The position numbers and the translations under genes are program-made. Below, piece by piece: positions 17,615 to 27,488 of a stretch of DNA of 64,000 nt. Where the stretch lies: NCBI GenBank assembly GCA_016872285.1, contig VGZZ01000001.1, forward strand, positions 34,236 through 98,235, written 5' to 3'. A model generated the notes under the pieces. The model was not told where the DNA came from and made no database searches. It saw only the letters and a list, made by a program, of their open reading frames with translations. The DNA comes from SAR202 cluster bacterium (GTDB lineage: Bacteria > Chloroflexota > Dehalococcoidia > Lucifugimonadales > GCA-2712585). How positions within the stretch are numbered: the first letter of the stretch is position 1; every line of letters starts with the position of its first letter.

Positions 17615-20107
17615 TCATTTCAGTATATCTTGTGTTTGGTTTTGGTCAAAAGCCGCGTCTTCACTTAGACTAGTCTGCTGCACGGACAAATATGTAAAGA
17701 ATTTAGTGTCCCACCACTCTGAGCTCAGCTTCCGGTATAAGAAGTAGTCTAGACCTCCGCGCCACGACTCTTTATCTTGCACCCTGTCCCGCGCAAAGGA
17801 TATGTCTTTCGGCAGCTCTTCCCGGAAGCTCTCTTTCTTACGATCCTCATCCGGACGCCGATAGACCTCCGGAAACCATAGCAAGTCCCTATGCGGCCCC
17901 GTCTGGGCGTACTTAGTCAGATGAATCGCATCCCGCCTCCCGTGAGAGTCCAACAGCGCCAGCGCCCCCGCTTCGGACGTCTCGCTGATCTTGTTGCACC
18001 AGTCCACATAACCCGCTTCGTCAGGGTCCTTGAAACATCTGAACTCTATATATTTATCGCTGCGAACATACCAGGCGAAGGGATACCAGATCTCGTAGTC
18101 CACCAGCGCCTTCTTTTCCGGAGGAAGATCCGCCATCTGGTCCCTTAGCTCCTCCGACAACGTCCTTATATCCTCACTGGCGCCGGCGTATACCAGCAGC
18201 TCCACCGGGTAATCGTCGCGAGTGTACGCCGCCCGACCGGCGCTGAACGCCGTGAACCCCAGCATCAGCACTCCCACACTCAGCAGGCTCAGGGCAATCC
18301 CCACCCTGGGCCTCGCCAGCCATATCAGGTTTCCTACCACGATTACTAGCACCACTGTCGATGCCAGAGCTGTCCAGCTTCGCCAGTCGTTGAAGTTGTC
18401 GGCTGCCAGGAACCGCTGCAGCAGATAGACCGCCGCCACCAGCAGGGCGGGGGCCGCCACCACCAGAATAATGCCCCTGTTCGCCACAAGCCGCCGCCAC
18501 AGCAGTCCGTCAAACAAATCGCCGGCAAACTTTCCCGCCAGCATGGCGAAAGGCACCGCCAGGTTCGCCGTCAGCCACGGCATCTTCTCCCCAGCTACGC
18601 TGTAAAGCGCAAAAGTCATCAGCGACCAGAGAGCCAAAGCCAGCCCCAGGAATTCCCTTTTCAAAAAATAATATCCCACGCCTATAAGACCAAAGACTAA
18701 AGGCAAAAACTCATAGACCGACATGGTCAGAATGTAGTAGAACCAGGGCTGGTTCCCTCGTGTCACATCGTGCTGCGCTATCCAGTATCCCAGGCTCTGC
18801 CATACCCCGGTAAAGGCCCCGCCGAGGCGCGTACAAGCGACATCCACTACCCCCGACAGCGTGTCCGGACATTCGACATAAGGCCGGGTTAAGGCCCCGA
18901 ACATGCTGGTATAAAAAGCCAGCCATAGGAAATAGAAAATCCCAGCGCTGATCAGCCACACACGCCAGTTCCACATCAGCCCCAGCGCCGCCGCTGCCGT
19001 TGCCGTCCCAATCAGGATACCCCCAGCCGCAAGGTAGCTCTGGCTGACTTCCACGTCGGCCAAAGCTAGAACGGCGTAAGCGGCCATAGCGATTAACATC
19101 AGCCCTCCAACTAGGACTACACGCCGTGATTTTGCCTTCACAACACCCACCACCCTGCCGCTGCTATCCCTGATGGACTCGCGCTTTTCCCTCGCCATGA
19201 AGACACCTAATAACCCCAATACCGCTATACCACCCAAAATAAAGGCGTCAGCCAACGCAGGCAGGTTGATCACCGCCGGATTCAAAAACGGGGCTCCCCA
19301 TAACGGCAGACCCACCGGGTTCCGTCCATCGTCCGCCGTATACACCAGCACCATCCCCTCGCTCCCAGACCAACCAGGCACCAGCGAGATCAACGCCGAC
19401 CACTGGGGCAGCGTCAGCGTCCCTATGAGTAGCAGCATCGTCGCCGGCGATGCCATATCCTTCAGCCGTTTTCGACGAAGCCCCAGCCGCATCAGGTCTT
19501 TCATCGCCAGAGGCAGCAGTAAGACTACAGCAATACCAATCACTATGAACGCCGTCTCTTTACTAGCCAGCGACAGGGCCAGCACCGCCGCTGTCATATA
19601 CAAGTACCGGTTCTTACGCTCGTGCAGGTACCGCCAGATTAAAATAAACAGCGCAAAGGCAAAGAAACCCATAATGATGTCATTTCGCGAATAGCGGCTG
19701 AAATAAAGAAGCATCGGCGACACCGCCAGCATCACTGATGCGATGATGGCTGCGGCCCTGCCCGTGTAGTTGCGCAGAAAATAGGGCAGGAAAACCAGCC
19801 CGGCCCCAAAGAAAGTATAAATCAGTCGGGCAGTAAAGTCGTCGTCCCAGAAGATCGCAAAGACCAGCGCGTTCAGGAAGAACTGCAACGGGCCGTGCAT
19901 CCACGGCTCGTGCCGGTACCCCTCGCCGGCAAAAAGTCTCCAGCTATAGTGTGTATGCAGGCTTTCGTCATAGTGGTAAGGGCGGCCACCCAGGTCCCAC
20001 AGCCTCATACCCAGGGCCATCATCGCCAGCCCCAGGAAAATCCATAGGTCTAAGTTCTGCTTAGACCTGAGGAAGTTTGATGAGCGAGAAAGTGCGGTTT
20101 TGAGCAT
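17615..20107 (-). CDS. large GT-C-type membrane glycosyltransferase-like protein (ArnT/PMT-like; TIGR03663-like by recollection)
   Basis: About 830 aa and polytopic. The first loop, RPYHYDESLHTHYSW, carries the acidic DE motif typical of GT-C enzymes. The start is set at ATG 20107, immediately after the upstream stop. Confidence 0.6.
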   Translation of the reverse strand: MLKTALSRSSNFLRSKQNLDLWIFLGLAMMALGMRLWDLGGRPYHYDESLHTHYSWRLFAGEGYRHEPWMHGPLQFFLNALVFAIFWDDDFTARLIYTFFGAGLVFLPYFLRNYTGRAAAIIASVMLAVSPMLLYFSRYSRNDIIMGFFAFALFILIWRYLHERKNRYLYMTAAVLALSLASKETAFIVIGIAVVLLLPLAMKDLMRLGLRRKRLKDMASPATMLLLIGTLTLPQWSALISLVPGWSGSEGMVLVYTADDGRNPVGLPLWGAPFLNPAVINLPALADAFILGGIAVLGLLGVFMAREKRESIRDSSGRVVGVVKAKSRRVVLVGGLMLIAMAAYAVLALADVEVSQSYLAAGGILIGTATAAAALGLMWNWRVWLISAGIFYFLWLAFYTSMFGALTRPYVECPDTLSGVVDVACTRLGGAFTGVWQSLGYWIAQHDVTRGNQPWFYYILTMSVYEFLPLVFGLIGVGYYFLKREFLGLALALWSLMTFALYSVAGEKMPWLTANLAVPFAMLAGKFAGDLFDGLLWRRLVANRGIILVVAAPALLVAAVYLLQRFLAADNFNDWRSWTALASTVVLVIVVGNLIWLARPRVGIALSLLSVGVLMLGFTAFSAGRAAYTRDDYPVELLVYAGASEDIRTLSEELRDQMADLPPEKKALVDYEIWYPFAWYVRSDKYIEFRCFKDPDEAGYVDWCNKISETSEAGALALLDSHGRRDAIHLTKYAQTGPHRDLLWFPEVYRRPDEDRKKESFREELPKDISFARDRVQDKESWRGGLDYFLYRKLSSEWWDTKFFTYLSVQQTSLSEDAAFDQNQTQDILK

Positions 20108-20108
20108 A

Positions 20109-22478
20109 CTATGTGTCGTCCCGACTCGTCGGGACAAGTCTCTCATAAACCATTACGTCCCCGCTCTGAAAATAGACTTTCATCATGCTCGGAAGCGTCA
20201 GTAGTGACTCGCTTCCATACTTGGCTCGCTCTCGAGGGCCAAAAAACACATACCGTATATCATACTTGTCTAGGATTCGGCTAATCTCCTCAGTGTTCCT
20301 GCTCTGGTATACCAGCGCCACGTCCTCCTGACGCCCCGCGAAGGGCTGGCTCGATCCCCGCCACTGCAGCTCATGTCCCGGCCAGTTCAACGGCGAAGGC
20401 AGCCCCGTGCTGGCCGCCACTCGCCCGTACTCCGAATAATCGTCCCCCACTGCCTCGATTATCCTTCCCCTCTCCGCCTTATCTCGAAGCTGGACAATCG
20501 CCTCATACTCCCCCGGCGACCAGCGCTTCATATACACCAGGCCGTTCAGCGTCGCTGGATCGCTGTTGCTCTTCATCCTGTCCAGCGCCGCGCCCGCGGG
20601 GTAATAAAATGATCCTATCAACAGCAGTCCCACCACCACTGGCATCGCCCAATAGCCAGTCCTCGCGAGTCCCCTGGTCGGTGCATGCTTGGACAGCCAG
20701 TAATACGCCCCAAAAGCCCCCACCGCCGATAGCATAAGCCAGGCTTGATAATAAAGTTTGAAGACCGTGTTCATCCTGAGTATCAAATAGTCTTTGATAT
20801 AAAAAAGCTCCGCGCCCATCAGCAGATAAAAAGCCAAGGCCATAATGGCGAGGCAAAAGGCCGCCACAGTCCTGCCCTGTTTTACCTGCGATATCGAACT
20901 GTAACCAGCCAGCCCTATTATCCCCAACAGTGGCAGCAGCTTGCCAAACCTAGACCCCACTGTAGCCAGCGCGCCGCCAAGGCCGTCATCCCCCAGCCTC
21001 AAGAAAAACACCAGCACCCCCCACAGCACCACCGGTAGAAAAGTAAATACCACCACCGCCGCCGCCACACCCTCGCCACCCCTCTTCGGCTTCCCCAGCG
21101 ACCACATCTGTCTCGCTAGAAAAGCGACGCTGATAGTCAGAAAGACCCCCCATATAAGAAAGAAATAGAAGGGTCGTGTGCTAACTTCTTCCAGCGGCAA
21201 AATTCCCGACGCCTGGCTGTTGAACGTAAGGTAGAAAGGCATGTACAGCACCGCCGCCGCCAGGAATATCGGCGCCATCATCCCCAGCATCGCGGCCAAC
21301 GCTCTGACGGCGTGCCAGCCCTTCTCTGACAGCGCTTTTATGTAAACCACACCTGCCAGCAGCGCGGCGAAAACCGGCAGATCGAAAATATTGATGAACC
21401 CCAGAGCGCCCAGAGACGCCGCCACGGCCAGCGACTCCCAGGGATGCGCTCGGACCCATGCAAACCCTATGGGAGTCTTTGAAAGGAAAATGTTAAGCGT
21501 CAGTGAGACGTTCAGTACCAGAAACGGCAAAGCCAGCACGTGGGCGTGGAGGTCGCCCAGCAAAAAGCTGAAAAACGGGAACTCATTTATGGTATAGTCC
21601 AGGCTCCGCCCCTCCACCACCGTGTCGATAACCCGCGTCGACCTCCACCACCAGTTGTACTCCTGCGGAAAGAAGCTTGGGTCGTGAGTGGAAGGTCCCA
21701 GGTCTTTGATAATCACCCACGCCCAAAATCCCTCCGAACCCCACCCTTGCGCGTGAACAAACTCCAGAACGCCCACCAGGTTGCTGATCAACCCCACCAG
21801 CACCGGCGCCAGCAGCGCGAAGGCCATCGCCCGACCCGCGCTTGCCCCCGCCAATCGAATTAGGTTGTACGCCAGTCCGTATATCGCCGCCGATACCAGC
21901 GCGGGCACCAGCGCCAACGACAGGTTGTAGCTGATGCTGGACGGTATTCCCGTCAGCTTTGTCAGTCCCGCCATCATCAGGTGGCCGAAGTAGTAGTAGC
22001 TCACTGAATGTCCCGACAGCCACATATCCTCCGGCGGGAAGCTCTCGCTTTTTAGTATCGAGTTGAGAAACCCGAAGTCCATAGGCTTCTCGGTGTGATT
22101 TATCCCCGGCGCCTGGGCCACTACCGCCGCCCACATCAGGAATATCCCCAGAAACACCGCCTCCGCCACAGCCAGATGACCCCACCGCTCCTTCGCGAAA
22201 GCCAGAATCTCACCCCCTCGCCTCCTCCAGAGCCATGCTGACCCCAGCGCCAGTACCGCCCAAATCCCGATAAGCGCCCCCTGGCTGTTTGGCACAAGCC
22301 CCGTAAGAACCACAATCCAATAGACGTACGAGGCCGCCAATAGCCCTAGTACTTTGGACAGCGTAACGCCACGGTCAGGCAGTCGCTTGAACAGCAAAAA
22401 GGCGATGGGAACAAAAATGAGGCCCAGAAGCTCAACGGCCAGAAGCCACAGCAGCAGGTGGCCTAACAATGATGGCAA
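20109..22478 (-). CDS. DUF2298 / 'Chlor_Arch_YYY' family polytopic membrane protein
   Basis: 789 aa with many TM segments and the signature HSVSYYYFGH. The 3' end (LVPTSRDDT) is encoded by the hairpin gtcccgacgagtcgggac. Confidence 0.65.
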   Translation of the reverse strand: MPSLLGHLLLWLLAVELLGLIFVPIAFLLFKRLPDRGVTLSKVLGLLAASYVYWIVVLTGLVPNSQGALIGIWAVLALGSAWLWRRRGGEILAFAKERWGHLAVAEAVFLGIFLMWAAVVAQAPGINHTEKPMDFGFLNSILKSESFPPEDMWLSGHSVSYYYFGHLMMAGLTKLTGIPSSISYNLSLALVPALVSAAIYGLAYNLIRLAGASAGRAMAFALLAPVLVGLISNLVGVLEFVHAQGWGSEGFWAWVIIKDLGPSTHDPSFFPQEYNWWWRSTRVIDTVVEGRSLDYTINEFPFFSFLLGDLHAHVLALPFLVLNVSLTLNIFLSKTPIGFAWVRAHPWESLAVAASLGALGFINIFDLPVFAALLAGVVYIKALSEKGWHAVRALAAMLGMMAPIFLAAAVLYMPFYLTFNSQASGILPLEEVSTRPFYFFLIWGVFLTISVAFLARQMWSLGKPKRGGEGVAAAVVVFTFLPVVLWGVLVFFLRLGDDGLGGALATVGSRFGKLLPLLGIIGLAGYSSISQVKQGRTVAAFCLAIMALAFYLLMGAELFYIKDYLILRMNTVFKLYYQAWLMLSAVGAFGAYYWLSKHAPTRGLARTGYWAMPVVVGLLLIGSFYYPAGAALDRMKSNSDPATLNGLVYMKRWSPGEYEAIVQLRDKAERGRIIEAVGDDYSEYGRVAASTGLPSPLNWPGHELQWRGSSQPFAGRQEDVALVYQSRNTEEISRILDKYDIRYVFFGPRERAKYGSESLLTLPSMMKVYFQSGDVMVYERLVPTSRDDT

Positions 22479-22489
22479 GCTCTACGGCC

Positions 22490-23446
22490 TCAGTTCAATG
22501 GCGCCAGCAGCGCCTCGACAAACTCTTCCGGCTCGAAAGGCGCTATGTCCTCTATCTTCTCGCCTGTTCCAATGTAATAAATCGGTAGCCCCAGCTCTCG
22601 CCTTATCGCCAGGGCTATACCGCCCTTGGCGGTCCCGTCCAGCTTCGCCAGGAATATCCCGGAACACTCTATTGTGTCCTTAAAAGCCTTGGCCTGCGCC
22701 AGACCGTTGTATCCTGTCGTCGCGTCCAGCACCAGCAGTGTATGGTGCGGCGCCGACGCGTCCAGCCGCTTTATCACTGACCTCACCTTCTTCATCTCTT
22801 CCATCAGGTTGGTCTTGGTATGAAGCCGGCCCGCCGTGTCGACGATTAACACATCAATATCCCGCGCCTTGGCCGCCTGGTAAGCGTCAAAAGCCACCGC
22901 CCCGGGGTCCGCCCCGTGCTGGTGGGCTACAACGTCTACGCCCACACGCTGCGCCAGGATTTGCAGCTGCTCAATGGCCGCCGCCCGGAACGTGTCCCCC
23001 GCGGCCAGCAGCACCCGCTGCCCCCCACCGGCGTAGAGCTTGGCCAGCTTGGCGATGCTCGTCGTCTTGCCCACGCCGTTCACGCCAACCACCAGCACCA
23101 CATATGGCCCCGCCTGGGATTTCGTCTCTGTATCCGCCTTTGTAGCGCCATCGCCCAACGCCGATATCAGCTCCTCCTTGAGGACACCAAACACCTGCTG
23201 CGCATCGCCCAGCGACTCCTTTTTCGCCCTCTCCTTAACCCTCTGCACTATGGACAGCGAGGTTTCAACTCCCACGTCGCCGGAAATAAGTATCTCCTCC
23301 AGCTGCTCCCACAACGACTCGTCAAGCTGCGGCGATGACTTCAGTATGCCCATGATGCGCCCGAACAGAGACCCGCGGCTTTTCTGTACCGCCTGCTGCG
23401 TCTTAGCCTTAGACTCTTCCTTGTTCCGCTTAAAGATCCTCAACAT
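22490..23446 (-). CDS. ftsY: signal recognition particle receptor FtsY
   Basis: SRP GTPase motifs [17 protein letters not shown] and [11 protein letters not shown]. Confidence 0.9.
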   Translation of the reverse strand: MLRIFKRNKEESKAKTQQAVQKSRGSLFGRIMGILKSSPQLDESLWEQLEEILISGDVGVETSLSIVQRVKERAKKESLGDAQQVFGVLKEELISALGDGATKADTETKSQAGPYVVLVVGVNGVGKTTSIAKLAKLYAGGGQRVLLAAGDTFRAAAIEQLQILAQRVGVDVVAHQHGADPGAVAFDAYQAAKARDIDVLIVDTAGRLHTKTNLMEEMKKVRSVIKRLDASAPHHTLLVLDATTGYNGLAQAKAFKDTIECSGIFLAKLDGTAKGGIALAIRRELGLPIYYIGTGEKIEDIAPFEPEEFVEALLAPLN

Positions 23447-24158
23447 ATAGCTGCTCTTTCTTAGACGAGTCGCCCGTTAGAATTTTAATTGCCTTGCTGG
23501 CCGCCTGCCTCTCGGCGTCCGCCTTCCGACGCCCAGTCCCTGCCGCCAGAGGCTTGCCGTCCATCCGCACCTCTATTGTGAACTGGCGGCTATGGTCCTT
23601 CCCCTCCTCAGCGACTACCACGTACTGCGGCGGGATGCCGACTTTTGCCTGTACAATCTCTTGCAAGTGGGACTTGGGGTCCTTCGGCAAGCCCGCGCTC
23701 CCAACGTCGTCAATCTCACTGCCCAGCAACTCTAAAACAAGCCCCTTCGCTTTTTCATACCCCTGGTCCAGGAACACCGCGCCCACCACCGCCTCCAACG
23801 CCGAAGCTAGGTTGGACCCCCGCTCCCGACCCCCTCCCAGCTCCTCGCCGTAGCCCATGTGCAGGGCCTCGCCCAACCCTAATTTACCCGCCGCCTTCGC
23901 CAGCGATTCCCTCTGTACCAGGTAGGCCCGCAGCTTGGTCATCTGCCCCTCTTGCAGGTCCGGAAACCTCTGGTAAAGCTCCGCCGCCACAATCGCTCCT
24001 AGGACTGCATCTCCCAAAAATTCCAGGCGCTCATACGAGACCTGCTTTGTGGCAGGGTTCTCATTCAGGAATGAAGGGTGCGTCAGGGCCTCAATCAAAA
24101 GGCTGGGCTCTTGAAATCTTAAGCCCAGCCTTTTCTCCACTTTCCTCGATAAAGCCAA
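23430..24158 (-). CDS. rnc: ribonuclease III
   Basis: ERLEFLGDAVLG is the RNase III signature, and a C-terminal dsRBD is present. Confidence 0.9.
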   Translation of the reverse strand: MALSRKVEKRLGLRFQEPSLLIEALTHPSFLNENPATKQVSYERLEFLGDAVLGAIVAAELYQRFPDLQEGQMTKLRAYLVQRESLAKAAGKLGLGEALHMGYGEELGGGRERGSNLASALEAVVGAVFLDQGYEKAKGLVLELLGSEIDDVGSAGLPKDPKSHLQEIVQAKVGIPPQYVVVAEEGKDHSRQFTIEVRMDGKPLAAGTGRRKADAERQAASKAIKILTGDSSKKEQLYVEDL

Positions 24159-24169
24159 TCGAAAGGACC

Positions 24170-24802
24170 CTATGTTCTGGCCTGGACACCCGCGGGCCAG
24201 GGCGGTTGGGGCCGCTTAATCTCGCCAATGTTTACCCACAATGACATCAGCTTGGACAAACTTTCGTATATTTCCACCGAATCCTTCTTGTCAGGGTAGA
24301 ACATCTTGAGAAATGCGCTCTGTCCATTCGGAAAAACAAAGGTCGGCACCCCAAAAACGCCATACCTCTTCACGCCTTCGTCATGGCTTTCAGCAATGGT
24401 CTGCACAATCTTCGGGTCCTTCATATCCTTCTGAAGCCTTCCAATGTCCAGACCCGCCTGCTTGGCGCAGTCTAAGACAACGTTTATGTCTGTCAGCTCT
24501 TTACGCTGCTCGTGGCGCGCCTTCACCAGCGCCAGGTGAAACTTATCGTACGCCTCTCTGCCCTGCCGCATAGCCGCCAGGCCAGCCTTCAGCGCCAGCA
24601 TTCCCCGCACCTTCGTGTCGTCATGTTCCCACGCCTTCCATTCCGGCCCTTCCTTGCTGTTGATCTGGGCCAGCACAAAAGGCTTCCATTCCACCTCGGG
24701 ACGTTCCCCTGTCAACTCCTCCACGTTACGCAGCCAGACGGTCGCGTTATAAACGTAGGGTCAAGTGTAGTCGTAGAAGATGGTCATCTTTTCTTTTGCC
24801 AT
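24170..24802 (-). CDS. DsbA-like thioredoxin-fold protein, predicted selenoprotein (in-frame TGA at 24763..24761)
   Basis: The track ORF 24170..24724 extends in frame to ATG 24802: MAKEKMTIFYDYT-[TGA]-PYVYNATVWLRNVEELTGE.... That gives 210 codons. The TGA sits at the C/S-P-x-x-Y active-site position of the DSBA/HCCA-isomerase family. GVFGVPTFVF is the cis-Pro loop. Confidence 0.7.
24728..24747 (-). promoter_or_regulatory. candidate bacterial SECIS hairpin
   Basis: RNA ACGCGACC-GUCU-GGCUGCGU has 7 pairs with one A/C mismatch and a GUCU apical loop. It starts 13 nt 3' of the UGA. Confidence 0.4.
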
Positions 24803-24900
24803 AACGCCCCCATTAGCCCTTATTCGCTGATTTTACTACACCGCGCTAAAAGGCAAAAGAACAGTTCAGCCATGCTATAATCCTAATGTGACGGTCGACC

Positions 24901-26157
24901 ATGCCCCCTTCCCGAAAACGCAAAGCCCCTTCCTCTTCTGACCTCCTCGTCCCCTTCCAGCAATCCCTCTCTGCTGAAGCCCAACAGGTCTTCCAAACCC
25001 TGGCTCGACACGCCTCGCGCCATTCCTTACCTCTATACCTCGTCGGCGGCGCCCTCCGAGACCTTATCCTCCGCAATCCGACGAAAGACCTCGACCTGGT
25101 CGTCGAAGGCGACGCCATCTCCTTGGTCTCATCGGCAGCTGGAACCCTCGGCATCAAGCCTACCATCCACCACGCCTTCGGCACCGCCACAATTAAGGCC
25201 GGCTCGGTGCAAATCGACATTGCCACAGCTCGCAAGGAGACCTACGCCCGCCCGGGCGCTCTACCCACCGTGTCCCCCAGCACCATCGAAGACGACCTAC
25301 GCCGCCGCGACTTTACCTTGAACGCCATGGCTCTGGGTCTCGCGGGACCCCATCATGGCCATCTGCTGGACCCCCACCAGGGCATGTACGACCTGCGTCA
25401 GCGTCTTGTCCGCGTCCTCCACGACTCCAGTTTTCATGACGACGCCACCCGCATGTTTCGCGCCGTTCGATACGAGCAGCGCCTGGACTTCCAGATCGAG
25501 CCTCAGACCAAGGCTCTTATTAGCGAAGCCTTAGATAAAAACATGCTCTCCACCATCAGCGCCGACCGCCTGCGTAACGAGCTTGAACTCATGCTTGCGG
25601 AAGCAAGCCCCGGCAAAATGCTCCAGCGCACTCATGACCTCGGCCTCCTCCAGGCCCTCTTCCCACCCCTTGTCCGCACCCCACCCATCACCCTCATCCC
25701 CGAAAAAAGCGTCCCTCTGGTCTTTATCGCCGCCCTTGCCTACCGCCTCACCGCCAATGAGGCTGAAGCCTTTATTGCCCGCATCAACATGACCCACCCC
25801 TGGGCCGTCGCCGCCCGCCAGTCCGCCGACCTTCACTCCATCGAAGAAAAGTTATCCAGGCCGGACCTGACCCGCCGAGACCTGTGGGAACTGCTGGAGC
25901 ATCGACCCCTTGTCTGCGTTAAGGCCGCCGCCGCCGTGGCAGAAAATCCCCTGGCAAAAGACAGGCTGCGGCAGTACATTAGTCTTTATCAGCGCATGAA
26001 GCCTGTCCTGACTGGTGACGATCTTTTGGCACTGGGGTATGCTCCCGGGCCCAAAGTCGGCCAGATACTGCGGCGGCTCCAGATATCCAGGTTGGAAGGA
26101 AAAACAAATACTAAAGATGATGAAGTGAAGCTGGCTAAAGCCTGGCTGGCTTCCTGA
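24901..26157 (+). CDS. tRNA nucleotidyltransferase / poly(A) polymerase family protein (CCA-adding-like)
   Basis: LYLVGGALRDLIL....DLDLVVEGDA is the pol-beta nucleotidyltransferase head motif, followed by RRRDFTLNAM. Confidence 0.8.
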   Translation: MPPSRKRKAPSSSDLLVPFQQSLSAEAQQVFQTLARHASRHSLPLYLVGGALRDLILRNPTKDLDLVVEGDAISLVSSAAGTLGIKPTIHHAFGTATIKAGSVQIDIATARKETYARPGALPTVSPSTIEDDLRRRDFTLNAMALGLAGPHHGHLLDPHQGMYDLRQRLVRVLHDSSFHDDATRMFRAVRYEQRLDFQIEPQTKALISEALDKNMLSTISADRLRNELELMLAEASPGKMLQRTHDLGLLQALFPPLVRTPPITLIPEKSVPLVFIAALAYRLTANEAEAFIARINMTHPWAVAARQSADLHSIEEKLSRPDLTRRDLWELLEHRPLVCVKAAAAVAENPLAKDRLRQYISLYQRMKPVLTGDDLLALGYAPGPKVGQILRRLQISRLEGKTNTKDDEVKLAKAWLAS

Positions 26158-26209
26158 GGAGGCTCCTACGACTCTCGAGCAACAGACTTGCATTGTTTGC
26201 AGCGAACCC

Positions 26210-26371
26210 TTGGGGGATTACGCGCAAGCTTCCTGCCAGTATTGCGGAGGCCGTTTCCACCAGCCCTGGCTTAAAAAGGAGGACGAAGCCTGTGGCCACC
26301 TCATCAGCCACAGCGAGGCCCTGGCCATCGTCTTCCTCTGCAACAACTGTTACACAGAAACAGAAGACTAG
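26210..26371 (+). CDS. small Cys-rich zinc-ribbon-like ORF (start unresolved)
   Basis: Absent from the ORF track. The frame is open over 26129..26371 and reads ...QQTCIVCSEPLGDYAQASCQYCGGRFHQPW...FLCNNCYTETED*. The stop lies 6 nt before the next gene. The first canonical start is TTG 26210. Confidence 0.3.
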   Translation: MGDYAQASCQYCGGRFHQPWLKKEDEACGHLISHSEALAIVFLCNNCYTETED

Positions 26372-26377
26372 CGCGTT

Positions 26378-27415
26378 ATGAAAGCTGTCTATATCGAAAG
26401 CCACGGTGGTCCCGAAGTCCTCAAGTACGGCGAACGCCCGGAGCCTTACATCCAGCCCCACGAGTTAAAAATCCGGGTCCGCGCCGCTGGCATCAACCGG
26501 CTCGACACCTACGTCCGCGCAGGCATTCGAGGCCAGAAGCGCCAATTCCCCCCACCTCACATTATAGGTGGCGACTGCGCCGGCGAAGTCATTGATGTAG
26601 GAAGCCGCGTCTCCGCCATCAAAAAAGGCCAGCGCGTCGTCGTCAACCCTCGCGTCTCCTGCGGCGTCTGCTCTTACTGCCTGGCCGGCGATGACGACCT
26701 CTGCCCCAATTCTCGATTTATGGGCAGCGCCATCGACGGCAGCTACGCCGAATACGTCGTCGTCCCCTCCGTCAACGTCCACCCAATCGCCGACTCCGTC
26801 TCTTTCGAAGAAGCTGCTGCCATGCCCACCGTTTACCTGCCGATGTGGAACATGCTTATCCGCAAGACCAGACTAAAGCCCTGGGAAACAGTCCTGGTCC
26901 TCTCCGCCTCCGCCGGCGTGGGTACCGCCGCCATTCAGGTCGCCAAACGCGTCATCGGCGCCAGGGTCATCGCCACCACCAGCAGCCCTGAGAAAGCCGC
27001 CAGGGCAAGAGAGCTCGGCGCTGACCATGTCATCGACTACACCAAAGAAGACATGGCCCAGCGAGTCAAAGACCTGACCGGCGGCGAAGGCGTGGACGTT
27101 GTCGTCGACCACGTAGGCGCTCAGTTCTTCGAAGCCGCTTACAACTCTCTCAAACGCGGCGGACGGTACGGCAACTGCGGTGTCACCACCGGCTACCAGG
27201 CGCAGCTCCAGATGGGCACACTCTTTACCCGGGAGCTTAAGCTCTTCGGCGTCTACATGGGCTCCAAGGAGGACATGCGGCAGGTTGTGGCCATGCTCAA
27301 CGCAGGCAAGATAAAACCCGTCGTTCACCAGGTCTTTCCCCTCCAGCAAGCCCCCGAAGCCCACAAAACCATGGAATCCCGAGGGTTCTTTGGCAAGCTG
27401 GTGCTGAAGGTATAA
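26378..27415 (+). CDS. zinc-type alcohol dehydrogenase / quinone oxidoreductase (MDR family)
   Basis: 345 aa with GGDCAGEV, the structural-zinc CGVCSYCLAGDDDLC and a SASAGVGTAAIQ Rossmann motif. Confidence 0.85.
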   Translation: MKAVYIESHGGPEVLKYGERPEPYIQPHELKIRVRAAGINRLDTYVRAGIRGQKRQFPPPHIIGGDCAGEVIDVGSRVSAIKKGQRVVVNPRVSCGVCSYCLAGDDDLCPNSRFMGSAIDGSYAEYVVVPSVNVHPIADSVSFEEAAAMPTVYLPMWNMLIRKTRLKPWETVLVLSASAGVGTAAIQVAKRVIGARVIATTSSPEKAARARELGADHVIDYTKEDMAQRVKDLTGGEGVDVVVDHVGAQFFEAAYNSLKRGGRYGNCGVTTGYQAQLQMGTLFTRELKLFGVYMGSKEDMRQVVAMLNAGKIKPVVHQVFPLQQAPEAHKTMESRGFFGKLVLKV

Positions 27416-27426
27416 AAGTATTTGCA

Positions 27427-27455
27427 TTGACCCCCTTTCCCCCTCTTGTTACACT
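27427..27455 (+). promoter_or_regulatory. candidate sigma-70-type promoter
   Basis: TTGACC (27427..27432), a 17-nt spacer, then TACACT (27450..27455). AAAGAGG precedes ATG 27489. Confidence 0.3.
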
Positions 27456-27488
27456 CCCAGCGCCCCTAAGCAACTAAAGAGGTCGCTA

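Noticed and set aside
26120-26128. ATG-AAG-TGA upstream of the zinc-ribbon ORF considered as a Sec-containing start
   Set aside because: It would put Sec at codon 3, with no redox motif, no homologue support and no convincing hairpin. This is most likely coincidence.
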